This document shows positions 10,803 to 20,092 of a DNA stretch of 49,204 nt, piece by piece. The notes under the pieces are model-generated. The model had not been told where the DNA came from. It saw nothing but the letters and a program-made list of their open reading frames with translations, and did no database searches. The translations under genes were made by a program, and so were the position numbers. The stretch lies in sequence record DRR723986_13874. One strand, 5' to 3'. Each line of letters opens with the position of its first letter. The first letter of the stretch is position 1.

Positions 10803-11789
10803 ATGTCTGGCGACAGTACGTCTGGAGTCAGGACGCAGGGAATCAATGCGCATGCACTTAGCCACTGGCGAGTGACCAGGATTGTTGCGCTACTGTGGTT
10901 GATCACGCCCCTGGCGATCGGTTGCGGCAGGATCTCGCAAACTATCCGTGATGACGACGACGGCGGCCCAAGGTTAGCGGACCTGGCAAAGTTCTCCGAG
11001 CGATTGCAACTGCCACAGCGGAAGCCTTCGCACCACCGATTGTGGCGAGCAGATTTGTCGGTGCTGCCCTACGCTGAAATCAGCAGTGATCGTGTCATTC
11101 TGCACAATATTCGCGATTGCGAGTACCGTACAGAAGACGACTACGATGTGCACTACTTCGATCGAGAGATCATGCTCGATACTGTGCAGTCGATCGATTT
11201 TATCGTTGTGCCGTTCAAGAACGCTCCGGCCATTGCCCACACGATGATCAGTATTGGACTGTCGACCGGTGAGCACTTTGTGTTTTCCGTGGAAGCGAGA
11301 CTTGAAAAGAATGAATCGTATTCTGCACTGGCAAGTACGAACAAAGAGTACGAGTTGATTTGGTTGGTTGGGACCGAACGCGATTTGATACGACTGCGTA
11401 CGAACGTTCGCAAAGTTGACGTGTATCTGTATCCGATCAACGCAACGCCGGAACAAGCACAGAAGACTTTCTTGGCCGCAGTCGCGCGGGTAAATGAAGT
11501 CGCTCGACGGCCTGAGCACTATGATCTGTTGACGAATAACTGCACAACGAACATCGTCGATCTGGTGAACAGTCTTCGCCCAGGGGCGATTCCCAAGGAC
11601 TTTCGTGTTGTGCTTCCCGGTCATTCCGATCGCATGGCGTACGACCTAGGCTTGTTGGCCGTTCCGCGTGACCAGGCGGGCAAGCCGACATTGACATTCG
11701 AACAAGTGCGGGCAGCCAGTCGCATCAATCTCAAGTCGATTCTTCATTCCGAGTCGACGCAGTTTTCTGCGGCCATACGCGGGCGCTAG
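10803..11789 (+). CDS. DUF4105 (Lnb N-terminal-like) domain protein, probable lipoprotein
   Basis: AHTMISIG, SVEARLE and YDLLTNNCTTNIV motifs typical of DUF4105. Hydrophobic stretch ends in a lipobox-like LAIG-C. Start uncertain (10803 or GTG 10872). Confidence 0.75.
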   Translation: MSGDSTSGVRTQGINAHALSHWRVTRIVALLWLITPLAIGCGRISQTIRDDDDGGPRLADLAKFSERLQLPQRKPSHHRLWRADLSVLPYAEISSDRVILHNIRDCEYRTEDDYDVHYFDREIMLDTVQSIDFIVVPFKNAPAIAHTMISIGLSTGEHFVFSVEARLEKNESYSALASTNKEYELIWLVGTERDLIRLRTNVRKVDVYLYPINATPEQAQKTFLAAVARVNEVARRPEHYDLLTNNCTTNIVDLVNSLRPGAIPKDFRVVLPGHSDRMAYDLGLLAVPRDQAGKPTLTFEQVRAASRINLKSILHSESTQFSAAIRGR

Positions 11790-11802
11790 TCGACACAACC
11801 GG

Positions 11803-12126
11803 ATGTCATTAATGTCAAAGATTCGAGCAAGCGCTTACACCGAAATTGAACCCGACGAACTGTCGCTCCGCGACCACCTCGCCCGTGATCGCACCATTCT
11901 AGCGAACGAACGTACACTGCTTGCCTACGTCCGAACGGCATTTGGCTTCGCTGCTGCGGGAATGACGCTCATTAAACTCTTTCCCGGTGAACCGAGTAGT
12001 CAGGCAATCGGGTTTTGGCTCTTAGTAGCCGCAGGCATTCTAGCCGTAATTGGAATCATACGATTCTGGATGGTCCGCGCGCAAATGAAACGGATCGTCC
12101 TTCCGCGGAAGTCGGCGAGTAAGTAA
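11803..12126 (+). CDS. DUF202 / YidH family small membrane protein
   Basis: RDHLARDRTILANERTLLAYVRT motif followed by two TM helices. Confidence 0.9.
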   Translation: MSLMSKIRASAYTEIEPDELSLRDHLARDRTILANERTLLAYVRTAFGFAAAGMTLIKLFPGEPSSQAIGFWLLVAAGILAVIGIIRFWMVRAQMKRIVLPRKSASK

Positions 12127-12367
12127 ACCACGCCCGCGCACTGAGTGTCCTTTTTCCCGACTCTCATAGGCTCAGTTACGTTCGCTTGGCGCGTATCGGC
12201 AGGCTGCAATTGCAAGCTTGGAGTGCGTAGTCTGCACTGGCACTATGAGTTGCTGGATATGTCTAGTCCGGTTTCTCGAGGCCGAAAAATGGATACGATT
12301 ATGTCAGCCACGAATTCGCATGTGGCCGTTCTGTTTCCGATCACCCTACTGAAAAGTCGATAGCCAG

Positions 12368-13096
12368 ATGAGCGCCAACTATCAAACCTATTCCAAGATG
12401 ATTGACCACTCTCTGTTGATGCCAACGATGGATGTCAAAACACTTGAAGAGGGCTGCGAACTGGCCGTTGCTTATGATGTCGCCAGCGTTTGCATCTTGC
12501 CCTATTACCTGCAGCGGTGCGCGGCAATCTTGGAAGGTTCCAGCGTTCAGCCGAGCACTACGATTGGTTTTCCGCACGGCGGACATACCACTCAAATGAA
12601 GCAGCAGGAAGCGGAGATTGCGGTCGCCCACGGGTGCCAAGAACTAGACATGGTCGTCAATATCAGCCAAGTGCTGAGCGGCAATTGGGATTATGTGACA
12701 AAGGACATTGCGGCCGTGATCGACGTCGCCCACGCGGCGCAGCGGAAGGTTAAGGTGATCTTTGAGAATTGCTACTTGAACGATGAACAGAAAATCCAGC
12801 TTTGCAAGACCTGCACCGAACTGAAGGCTGACTGGGTGAAAACCAGTACCGGCTACGGCACCGGTGGAGCGACTATGGAAGATCTGCAGTTGATGCTGGA
12901 CAACGTCGGTGAGGGTATTCAGGTGAAGGCGGCGGGCGGCGTTCGCGATTACGAAACGCTGAAGAAGGTGCATGATATGGGCGTCACGCGTTGCGGTGCC
13001 AGCAAGACGCAGCCCATGATGGATGAAGCACGCAAGGCGCTGGGGCTTGAGCCGATTGAGTTCAAGGCTTCTTCAAATAGCTCCAGCGGCTATTAA
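12368..13096 (+). CDS. deoC: Deoxyribose-phosphate aldolase
   Basis: IDHSLL, IGFPHG, ELDMVVN, VKVIFE, Schiff-base motif VKTSTGY, VKAAGGVR. Confidence 0.95.
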   Translation: MSANYQTYSKMIDHSLLMPTMDVKTLEEGCELAVAYDVASVCILPYYLQRCAAILEGSSVQPSTTIGFPHGGHTTQMKQQEAEIAVAHGCQELDMVVNISQVLSGNWDYVTKDIAAVIDVAHAAQRKVKVIFENCYLNDEQKIQLCKTCTELKADWVKTSTGYGTGGATMEDLQLMLDNVGEGIQVKAAGGVRDYETLKKVHDMGVTRCGASKTQPMMDEARKALGLEPIEFKASSNSSSGY

Positions 13097-13135
13097 TGCC
13101 ATGAGACGTCAGAGGGACTGAGGCAACCGTGATCG

Positions 13136-13951
13136 CTAGGTGGATGCAAGAATAAACGACGCAAGCTCTTGTGTAGACTCCAAAGAGTTGACGACGCGAT
13201 CCGCGCCAGCTTGTTCCAGATCTTGACGAGTGAAGCCGCCGGTCTCAACGGCCAGCGATCGGGCTCCTACTGATTTGGCCAACGCGACATCCAGTGGCGT
13301 GTCGCCGATGATCAGGATGTCTTTGGGTGCAAAGTTGCGTTCAGGAAACGGTCGCTTGTCGTGCGAGCCACCGTCGCCTGCACTTGCCGCGTCTGGTGTA
13401 AACGTGATTTGGATCGATTCAACATGTTGGTGGATAGGAACCCGTGCATTCTCCGGCGTCTGCAAGTGTTGAGCTGCCTCGGCAAGTGGGCGCGTCAGAT
13501 CTAGCCGGTCGATGGCACCGTGGCCGAATACTCCGTACGAGAAGTATCCCTCTAGTCCATAGTGTTTGAGTTTCGCTAGAGCGGAGCCAGGCATATTGCC
13601 CGTCGCGATCGACTGCGTGCATTCTTCGCGACCGTCAAGCAGCTTGAGGAGTTCAACCACACCTGGCAAGATCCGACCGCCGCGCTGTTTAAGCACTGTT
13701 CCCAATCGACCGAAATAGTTTTGCGTTAGCCGCCGCAGATTCTCCGGCGTTGCTTCCTGGTCGGAAGCCGTCAGCAATTCGCAGAAGATCCCTAAATCCG
13801 TTCGACCTTGCAGGCTTACGCGTGGCGGATCCAGCACGCCAAACTCGTCCTTGAGTGCTTCAGCTAGTGCGCCTCCACCAGCTCCCGATGAGTCGATTAG
13901 GGTTCCATCGATGTCCCAAAAGATAATCGTGCGCGACACCGAAACATCCAA
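13136..13951 (-). CDS. HAD-superfamily hydrolase (phosphoglycolate-phosphatase-like)
   Basis: Motif I WDIDGTL, motif II ATGN, motif IV IIGDTPLDV. Start uncertain. Confidence 0.85.
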   Translation of the reverse strand: MDVSVSRTIIFWDIDGTLIDSSGAGGGALAEALKDEFGVLDPPRVSLQGRTDLGIFCELLTASDQEATPENLRRLTQNYFGRLGTVLKQRGGRILPGVVELLKLLDGREECTQSIATGNMPGSALAKLKHYGLEGYFSYGVFGHGAIDRLDLTRPLAEAAQHLQTPENARVPIHQHVESIQITFTPDAASAGDGGSHDKRPFPERNFAPKDILIIGDTPLDVALAKSVGARSLAVETGGFTRQDLEQAGADRVVNSLESTQELASFILAST

Positions 13952-14152
13952 GTTGAGTTGGCGAAGGGAGAATTTACACAGTCCATAACAAGCGGCCGAG
14001 TCAGTTGTTTTACACTACTGCCTACCCGCTCTTTAGAGTCATGGATTGTAGATGAACCGTTTCTTCATCTTCGTTTGGGGCGGGGCAGCTAACAACACCG
14101 ATCCGAAGCGTCTCCACTACGCGGTCAAACGTTCACAATCACGACGCGAACG

Positions 14153-16897
14153 TTAGCTTGCGTCTGAAGAATCTGAGCTGGAAGTACTCGCCTCGCCCTC
14201 GGGCTCAGCGGATTTCTTGGTAGCGGTCTTCTTCTTTGCTGTCGTCTTCTTCGCAGCCTTCTTCTTGGTCGTCTTTTTCTTCGTAGTCTTCTTCTTTGCG
14301 GCCTTTTTCTTTGTCGCCTTCTTCTTCTTTTTCTTCTTGCTTCCGCCAGCAGCGGCTCGTGCCGCTAGTAGGTCGAGAGCTTCTTCGAAGGTCAGGTCTT
14401 CGGGCTTCTTGTCACGCGGTAGGCTCGCGTTGGTTTCACCGTCAGTGACGTAAGGACCATAGCGTCCGTCGAGCAGCTTGATTTCTTCCTCGGTGACGGG
14501 AGACTTATCAAACGTCTTGATCGGTTCCTTCGGTGCAGCTCGACCGCGGCCTCGCGTCTTGGGCTGAGCCAACAACTCGCAGGCCTTCTCGAACGTTACG
14601 TCTAACGGTGAAATCTCAGCCGGAAGTGACCGAGTCTCCTTGCCGCATTTAACATACGGACCGTAACGCCCGTTGGCGGCTATGACGGGCTCCTTCATCT
14701 CGGCGTGTTCACCAAGGTCTCTTGGGAGCGACAGGAGCTGCAAGGCGACGTCTAGATTGACGTCTTCGACGGTCATGCCTTTGAGCAAGCCAGCGTTCTT
14801 CGGCTTCTCTTCTTCGTCGGTCGAACCGAGTTGTATGTAGGGGCCGAATCGTCCCGACTTCACAAAGATCGGCTTGCCGGTCTCCGGGCAGTGTCCGAGC
14901 GGTTCGTCGCCCTTAGCCGCTTCTTCAAGCAGCTCGAGTGCCTTGGGAAGAGTGATTTCGTCCGGCGGGGTCATGTTCGGAATACTGGCTTTGCGTTCGC
15001 CCTGTTCGATGAAGGGGCCGTAGCGTCCGACGCGGGCGAACACTTCATCTTGATGTTCGCCTTCCTCGGGAGTGCCAAGTGAAAAACGGCTGGTGACACG
15101 CGGGTCAATCTCAGCTTCCTTGTTCTCCAGAAGTGGCTTCAGGCCTTGGTCTTCTCCGAAGTAGAAACTTTGCAGATACTCCAAGAAGCCCTTTTCGTTG
15201 CGGCTGATTTCATCAAGGTAGTCTTCCATCTGGGCGGTGAAGTCGTAGTCCACCAGTGAAGATAAGTGTTCTTCCAAAAGCCGGATAACCGAGAATGCCG
15301 TCCAGCTCGGAACCAGTGCACTGCCCTTCTTGAAAACGTAGTCGCGATTCTGGATGGTGTCAATAATTGAAGCGTAAGTACTCGGGCGACCGATCCCCTT
15401 CTCTTCCAGGGTTCGCGTCAGCGACGCTTCCGTGAATCGGGCTGGAGGCTGAGTGGTGTGGCTCTTCGCATCCAGGTTCTTGCAATCGAGCGTTTGCCCT
15501 TCTTGCATCGGCGGTAGCAGTTTTTCTTTTTCGCCCAGCGCGTCCTGAGGGTTGTCGCTGCCTTCCACGTAAGCACGCAAGAAACCTTCGAACTCGATGC
15601 TGGTTCCAGACGCTTGAAAGATCGCGTTTTCCGCCTCGATGGTTGTCGTCATGCGCTGCTTGCGAGCATCAGCCATCTGGCACGCAACCGTACGCTTCCA
15701 AATCATATCGAAGAGCTTAAATTGTTCGTCGTTGAGCTTGCTCTTCAGGTTCTGCGGCAGTTGGAAAGGAGCACCGGCTGGACGAATCGCTTCGTGAGCC
15801 TCTTGCGCGTTCTTGACCTTGGTCGAGTAGCTTCGTTGCTCGGGGTGTAGGAATTTGTCTCCATATTCCTGTTGGACCAAGTCGCGGGCTGCCTGCACTG
15901 CTTCTTTGGACAACGTCGTCGAGTCGGTACGCATGTAAGTGATATAGCCGTTTTCATACAGGCTTTGAGCAACCTGCATGGTTCGTCGCGCTGTAAAGCC
16001 AAGTTTGCGGTTGGCTTCCTGTTGCAGCGTACTGGTCGTAAACGGCGGCTTGGGACGTTCTTTGAACGGTTTGACTTCGATCTTCTTCACATTGAAAGGC
16101 TCACTGCGAAGTTTCTCGGAGAGTTCCGCGGCTGCCTTTTCATCCAACAGCAATAGATTCGGGTCCTTGATTTTGCCCGTCGCCGGATCAAAATCCTTCC
16201 CGCTTGGCATCTTCTTGCCATCGTAGCTGACCATGTTGGCTTCAAACGCTGCTCCGGTAGCGGCCAGGGTCGCGAGAAGATTCGAGTAAGTGGCACTGTG
16301 AAATGCCATGCGTTCGCGTTCGCGATCAACGATCAGGCGGACAGCAACACTCTGCACCCGGCCAGCGGAGAGCTTCGGTCCGACTTTTTTCCAAAGCAGC
16401 TTGGAAACGTCGTAGCCGAATAAGCGGTCGAGAATCCGCCGCGTCTCTTGAGCGCGAACGAGGGCTTCGTCGATTTGCCGTGGATTCGATAAAGCGCTTT
16501 GGATCGCTTCCTTGGTAATTTCGTGGAAGACGAGGCGGTGTACCGGAACCTTTGGCTTGAGCACTTCCTGCAAGTGCCAGGAAATGGCTTCTCCCTCGCG
16601 GTCTTCATCCGTCGCGAGATACAAGTCTTTACACTCTTTGAGTAGTTGCTTCAGCTTGGTGACGTGCTTCTTCTTTTCGGCAGGCACGATGTAAACGGGC
16701 TGAAACTCCTCGTCAACGTTCACACCCAGGTAGGCCCAAGGCTCCTTTTTGAGCTTCTCGGGGAGCTCTTTCGCCCCGGATGGCAAGTCGCGAATGTGGC
16801 CAATGCTCGCCTCGACGGTGTAATCCTTCCCCAAGAACTTGGAGATGGTGCGGGCCTTTGCGGGAGATTCGACGATGACTAGGGATTTATCGCTCAT
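14153..16897 (-). CDS. topA: Type IA DNA topoisomerase I
   Basis: LVIVESPAKA, LATDEDREGEAI, SAGRVQS, catalytic GYITYMRTDS, GIGRPSTY; four C-terminal GR(Y/F)GP repeats and a Lys-rich tail. ATG at 16897. Confidence 0.97.
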   Translation of the reverse strand: MSDKSLVIVESPAKARTISKFLGKDYTVEASIGHIRDLPSGAKELPEKLKKEPWAYLGVNVDEEFQPVYIVPAEKKKHVTKLKQLLKECKDLYLATDEDREGEAISWHLQEVLKPKVPVHRLVFHEITKEAIQSALSNPRQIDEALVRAQETRRILDRLFGYDVSKLLWKKVGPKLSAGRVQSVAVRLIVDRERERMAFHSATYSNLLATLAATGAAFEANMVSYDGKKMPSGKDFDPATGKIKDPNLLLLDEKAAAELSEKLRSEPFNVKKIEVKPFKERPKPPFTTSTLQQEANRKLGFTARRTMQVAQSLYENGYITYMRTDSTTLSKEAVQAARDLVQQEYGDKFLHPEQRSYSTKVKNAQEAHEAIRPAGAPFQLPQNLKSKLNDEQFKLFDMIWKRTVACQMADARKQRMTTTIEAENAIFQASGTSIEFEGFLRAYVEGSDNPQDALGEKEKLLPPMQEGQTLDCKNLDAKSHTTQPPARFTEASLTRTLEEKGIGRPSTYASIIDTIQNRDYVFKKGSALVPSWTAFSVIRLLEEHLSSLVDYDFTAQMEDYLDEISRNEKGFLEYLQSFYFGEDQGLKPLLENKEAEIDPRVTSRFSLGTPEEGEHQDEVFARVGRYGPFIEQGERKASIPNMTPPDEITLPKALELLEEAAKGDEPLGHCPETGKPIFVKSGRFGPYIQLGSTDEEEKPKNAGLLKGMTVEDVNLDVALQLLSLPRDLGEHAEMKEPVIAANGRYGPYVKCGKETRSLPAEISPLDVTFEKACELLAQPKTRGRGRAAPKEPIKTFDKSPVTEEEIKLLDGRYGPYVTDGETNASLPRDKKPEDLTFEEALDLLAARAAAGGSKKKKKKKATKKKAAKKKTTKKKTTKKKAAKKTTAKKKTATKKSAEPEGEASTSSSDSSDAS

Positions 16898-17668
16898 GGT
16901 CAAATTTGTTCGATGCGAGTGTGTTTACGCCAGGGTGCGGGACTTGTGGGTGGCCGAGCGGCCGCCGTCGTGTCGGAAAAGGATTGCACGCGAAGTCGAA
17001 AGTTTTAGGTCCGTATTACGGTTGTAAACATAAGGAGCTTTTGTCCACAAGCAGGGGCCTCGTAAATGCAACTTCGATTTAGGTGGTCGCGACAGTTTCC
17101 TTGGTGGTCGGTCGCCGCGCCAAGATCTTGGCATCACAGGCTTTGCTCGCCGATCCAAAATCGGGCTCCCTGCCGCAGGGAATGGCCAACTGCCGCGGGG
17201 AATACTGTATGGAACGCTCGCATGTTGGCTTCCGCGCTCCAGCAAATAGTGACGGGCGGATGGCTTACGTTCACTGAGAACTTATAGCGGACGCCGGGGA
17301 GTTGTTGGATTAGCTAAATTTTGCGGGCGCTGGGGGAAATGGGCAGTTCAGGTCGGGTTGTGCCGGTGGCACCCGGTTTCAACAGACCCGCTATCAGGAG
17401 GCAACTTGGCGGCGTTTGCAACGATTTCACCAAGTCGTATCTGCAAAATTCGGAAAGGTTGCTATCCTTTCTGTTTCGCTGAAAATTGCCAAAGATACAT
17501 TGGCAGATTGGAGCGAATGTGCTGGCAGAGCGTCTCAGATGTGGTGCTGGCGGATGAAACGGTCGCCCAGGCTCGAATCCAAACTCGAGCTCGACCGCAT
17601 AGAAAACTTACGAAGGATCAGCGGCCGCCTCGGTGCGCGTGTTTTAGGTAGTTGCAGGAACACATCGG

Positions 17669-19993
17669 ATGTCGAACCCATTTGCAGTCTTTCGAAAAAA
17701 TCAAACCGCTTGGATGGCGGGCCTAGTCCTTTTGGCCCTGCTGGCGTTTGTCGTTGCTCCGGCTTTGGAGCAAGTAATGTCCGCATTTGGTCGCGGGGGT
17801 TCCGGGAACGATGAGGTGGTGCGTTGGAACGGTGGCGTTATTACTGTTGCCGAATTGCAGACTGCTCAGCAACGCAACGGAATGGTCGATCGATTCCTGC
17901 GCAGTCTTGCAGATAAGGTAGTCGAGAATGGCGGAATGCCTCAGGTTCCGAATTTCGCCTTCGATCCTCAGTCAAATCGAGTGCTTAGTGTCGGGCTGCA
18001 GTTGTCCACTTTGGGTGAACAGGTTTGCCGCGACCGGATCTACTTGACCTATGCAGACGAAATTGGCATCGATTTTGACGATACCGCCGTCGACGATTTC
18101 ATCAAACTTTTCTGTGACAACAAGATCACCGATGAGGTGCTCGCTGAGACGCTTCGGGATGCAACCAGTGGCCAACTGAGTGTCTTCGATCTTCGGGACA
18201 TCATCAAGAAAGAGATGAGTCTGTCAGTCTTTGGGAAGTTGCTCGGAGCTGGTTTCCTATCGCAGCCTCCCGGCAAGACGTTCCGTGACTTCAAGAAGCT
18301 CAACGAGACGGCCACCGTGGAAGCTTTCCCGGTTGTTGTCGCCGACTACATTGACAAAGTCGACGGTGAGCCGACAGAGGCCGAAATCCAGGCAATCTAC
18401 GCGGACGGCTCAATCCGTGGCTCCGACCCAAGGAGCCCAGATCCTGGGTTCATCCGTCCCTACACTGCTGACTTTGAGTACGTTGTTGCCGACTTGACAA
18501 CATGGGTCGATCGCGAGAAGGCGAAGCTTACCGACGAGGAAATCCGTGCGGAATACGATCGCCGTGTTGCGTTAGGCCAATTGCAAGTCGTCGATGAACC
18601 TGAACCAGCCGCCACTGAAGAAGCTTCAACTGAAGGCGGTGCTGGCACGGCTCCTGCCGCTGAGGTAGAAGCAGACGCGGACGTTGGTGCCGACGCCGGC
18701 GAAACTCCTGCGACTCCAGAAGACGAAGCGCCAGCGACAGAACCTGGCGAAGGCGACTCGTCTGATCAATCAGGTTTGACGAACTCAAAGACTCGGTTTG
18801 TATCCTACCGACCTCAAGAGGGCGACGAACAAGCTGCTACACCAAGTGATCCTGCTCCGGCAGAAACAGAATCGGCAGCCGATGATCAGGCTGGGTCAGA
18901 CGAAGCCCCTGAACAACCAGCCGCTTCTGAGCCGCCGACCGTCGTTCAGCCTCCACAGTTGGGCGAGCCACCCGTGCCCGGCGATACTGGCGCAGAAATG
19001 CAACTGCCCAAGATGCGAACGAAGACCTTCGAGGAAGCTCGCGACGAAATCGCAACCGCACTTGCTGAAGCAAATGCAAACCCAGCGATCGAAGCCGCTC
19101 TGAAAGCGATCGAAGACGAGCATATGCGGCCCTACTTCCAAGAGTACCGCGCTTACAAAGTTGCTGCTGAAGCGGATGATCTCCCGGAAGGTGAGGAAGT
19201 CAAACGTCCAAAGCGTCCTGATCTGAAGGCAATTGCTGAAAGTGTCGGGCTGTCCTACCAAACAACTGGCATGGTCGACGCACTAACGCTCAACGATATG
19301 CAGTTCGGCCAGAGCATGCTGGCGGCACCCGGCGGTGGAAATGGCACCGTTGCTCAGACCATGGTCAACCTGGGCAAGAACATGTATCGTCCGACGCGAA
19401 GCAACCTTCTTGATCAAGCTGCGTTGATGGCAGGTGAGGTCAAGTTCCAACAGTTCCTATTCTGGAAAGTCGACGAGAAGGCTGCCTTTATCCCTGAGCT
19501 CGACGATATTCGCGACGAAATCGTTGAAGCCTGGAAAACGCAGAAGGCACGTCTTCTAGCCGAAGAGGCTGCAAAGTCTATTGCCGCGAAAGTCGGCACC
19601 GGTGAAGAAGCATGGTCAGGAGCCATCAGTGACGCGGAGCAGGCGTTGATCCTCAAGCCAGCGCCTTTCTCCTGGTACGATCGCAATGCTCAAAGCGCTG
19701 GGCTAAGTGTCGTAAGGGACTTGGACAGTGTAGGAAACGGATTCTTCCAGGCTGTCTTCAATACGGCTCCCGGCAAGACCACCGTGGCTGCCAATCAGCC
19801 TCAGCAAACCTACTACGTAACGCGAGTTCAAGAGTTCGGGCCTTCGGATGAGGTGCTGATGGAACGGTTTGAAGCTGACCCGCAGAAAGCTGGCGCCATC
19901 AACATTGCTCGTCAAGAAGTAAATAACACCGTCCTTGACTGGATGCAGCAACTAGAAAAACGCCTGAACGTACAGTGGCAAATGCAGCTTTAG
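17669..19993 (+). CDS. Membrane-anchored periplasmic protein, PpiD/SurA N-terminal-like chaperone fold (tentative)
   Basis: 774 aa; N-terminal TM (WMAGLVLLALLAFVVAP); segments such as EPTEAEIQAIY, LTDEEIRAEY and KTFEEARDEI resemble PpiD-type chaperones; central acidic low-complexity insert. Confidence 0.6.
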   Translation: MSNPFAVFRKNQTAWMAGLVLLALLAFVVAPALEQVMSAFGRGGSGNDEVVRWNGGVITVAELQTAQQRNGMVDRFLRSLADKVVENGGMPQVPNFAFDPQSNRVLSVGLQLSTLGEQVCRDRIYLTYADEIGIDFDDTAVDDFIKLFCDNKITDEVLAETLRDATSGQLSVFDLRDIIKKEMSLSVFGKLLGAGFLSQPPGKTFRDFKKLNETATVEAFPVVVADYIDKVDGEPTEAEIQAIYADGSIRGSDPRSPDPGFIRPYTADFEYVVADLTTWVDREKAKLTDEEIRAEYDRRVALGQLQVVDEPEPAATEEASTEGGAGTAPAAEVEADADVGADAGETPATPEDEAPATEPGEGDSSDQSGLTNSKTRFVSYRPQEGDEQAATPSDPAPAETESAADDQAGSDEAPEQPAASEPPTVVQPPQLGEPPVPGDTGAEMQLPKMRTKTFEEARDEIATALAEANANPAIEAALKAIEDEHMRPYFQEYRAYKVAAEADDLPEGEEVKRPKRPDLKAIAESVGLSYQTTGMVDALTLNDMQFGQSMLAAPGGGNGTVAQTMVNLGKNMYRPTRSNLLDQAALMAGEVKFQQFLFWKVDEKAAFIPELDDIRDEIVEAWKTQKARLLAEEAAKSIAAKVGTGEEAWSGAISDAEQALILKPAPFSWYDRNAQSAGLSVVRDLDSVGNGFFQAVFNTAPGKTTVAANQPQQTYYVTRVQEFGPSDEVLMERFEADPQKAGAINIARQEVNNTVLDWMQQLEKRLNVQWQMQL

Positions 19994-20036
19994 CGGCACC
20001 CACTTGTTGCTGTTGAAGAGCGTTTACAAACCGACC

Positions 20037-20063
20037 ACGGCGGCCCAACGGCCGCCGTTTTTT
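20037..20063 (+). terminator. Intrinsic terminator downstream of the PpiD-like gene, between convergent genes
   Basis: Perfect 9-bp stem ACGGCGGCC-caac-GGCCGCCGT followed by a T run, about 44 nt after the stop at 19993. Confidence 0.8.
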
Positions 20064-20092
20064 ATGGTTGGTCTCAATTCAAACTTCGGCGA

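Noticed and set aside
17041-17049. DnaA-box-like TTGTCCACA upstream of topA
   Set aside because: A single mismatched copy with no box cluster or AT-rich unwinding element, so not evidence for an origin.
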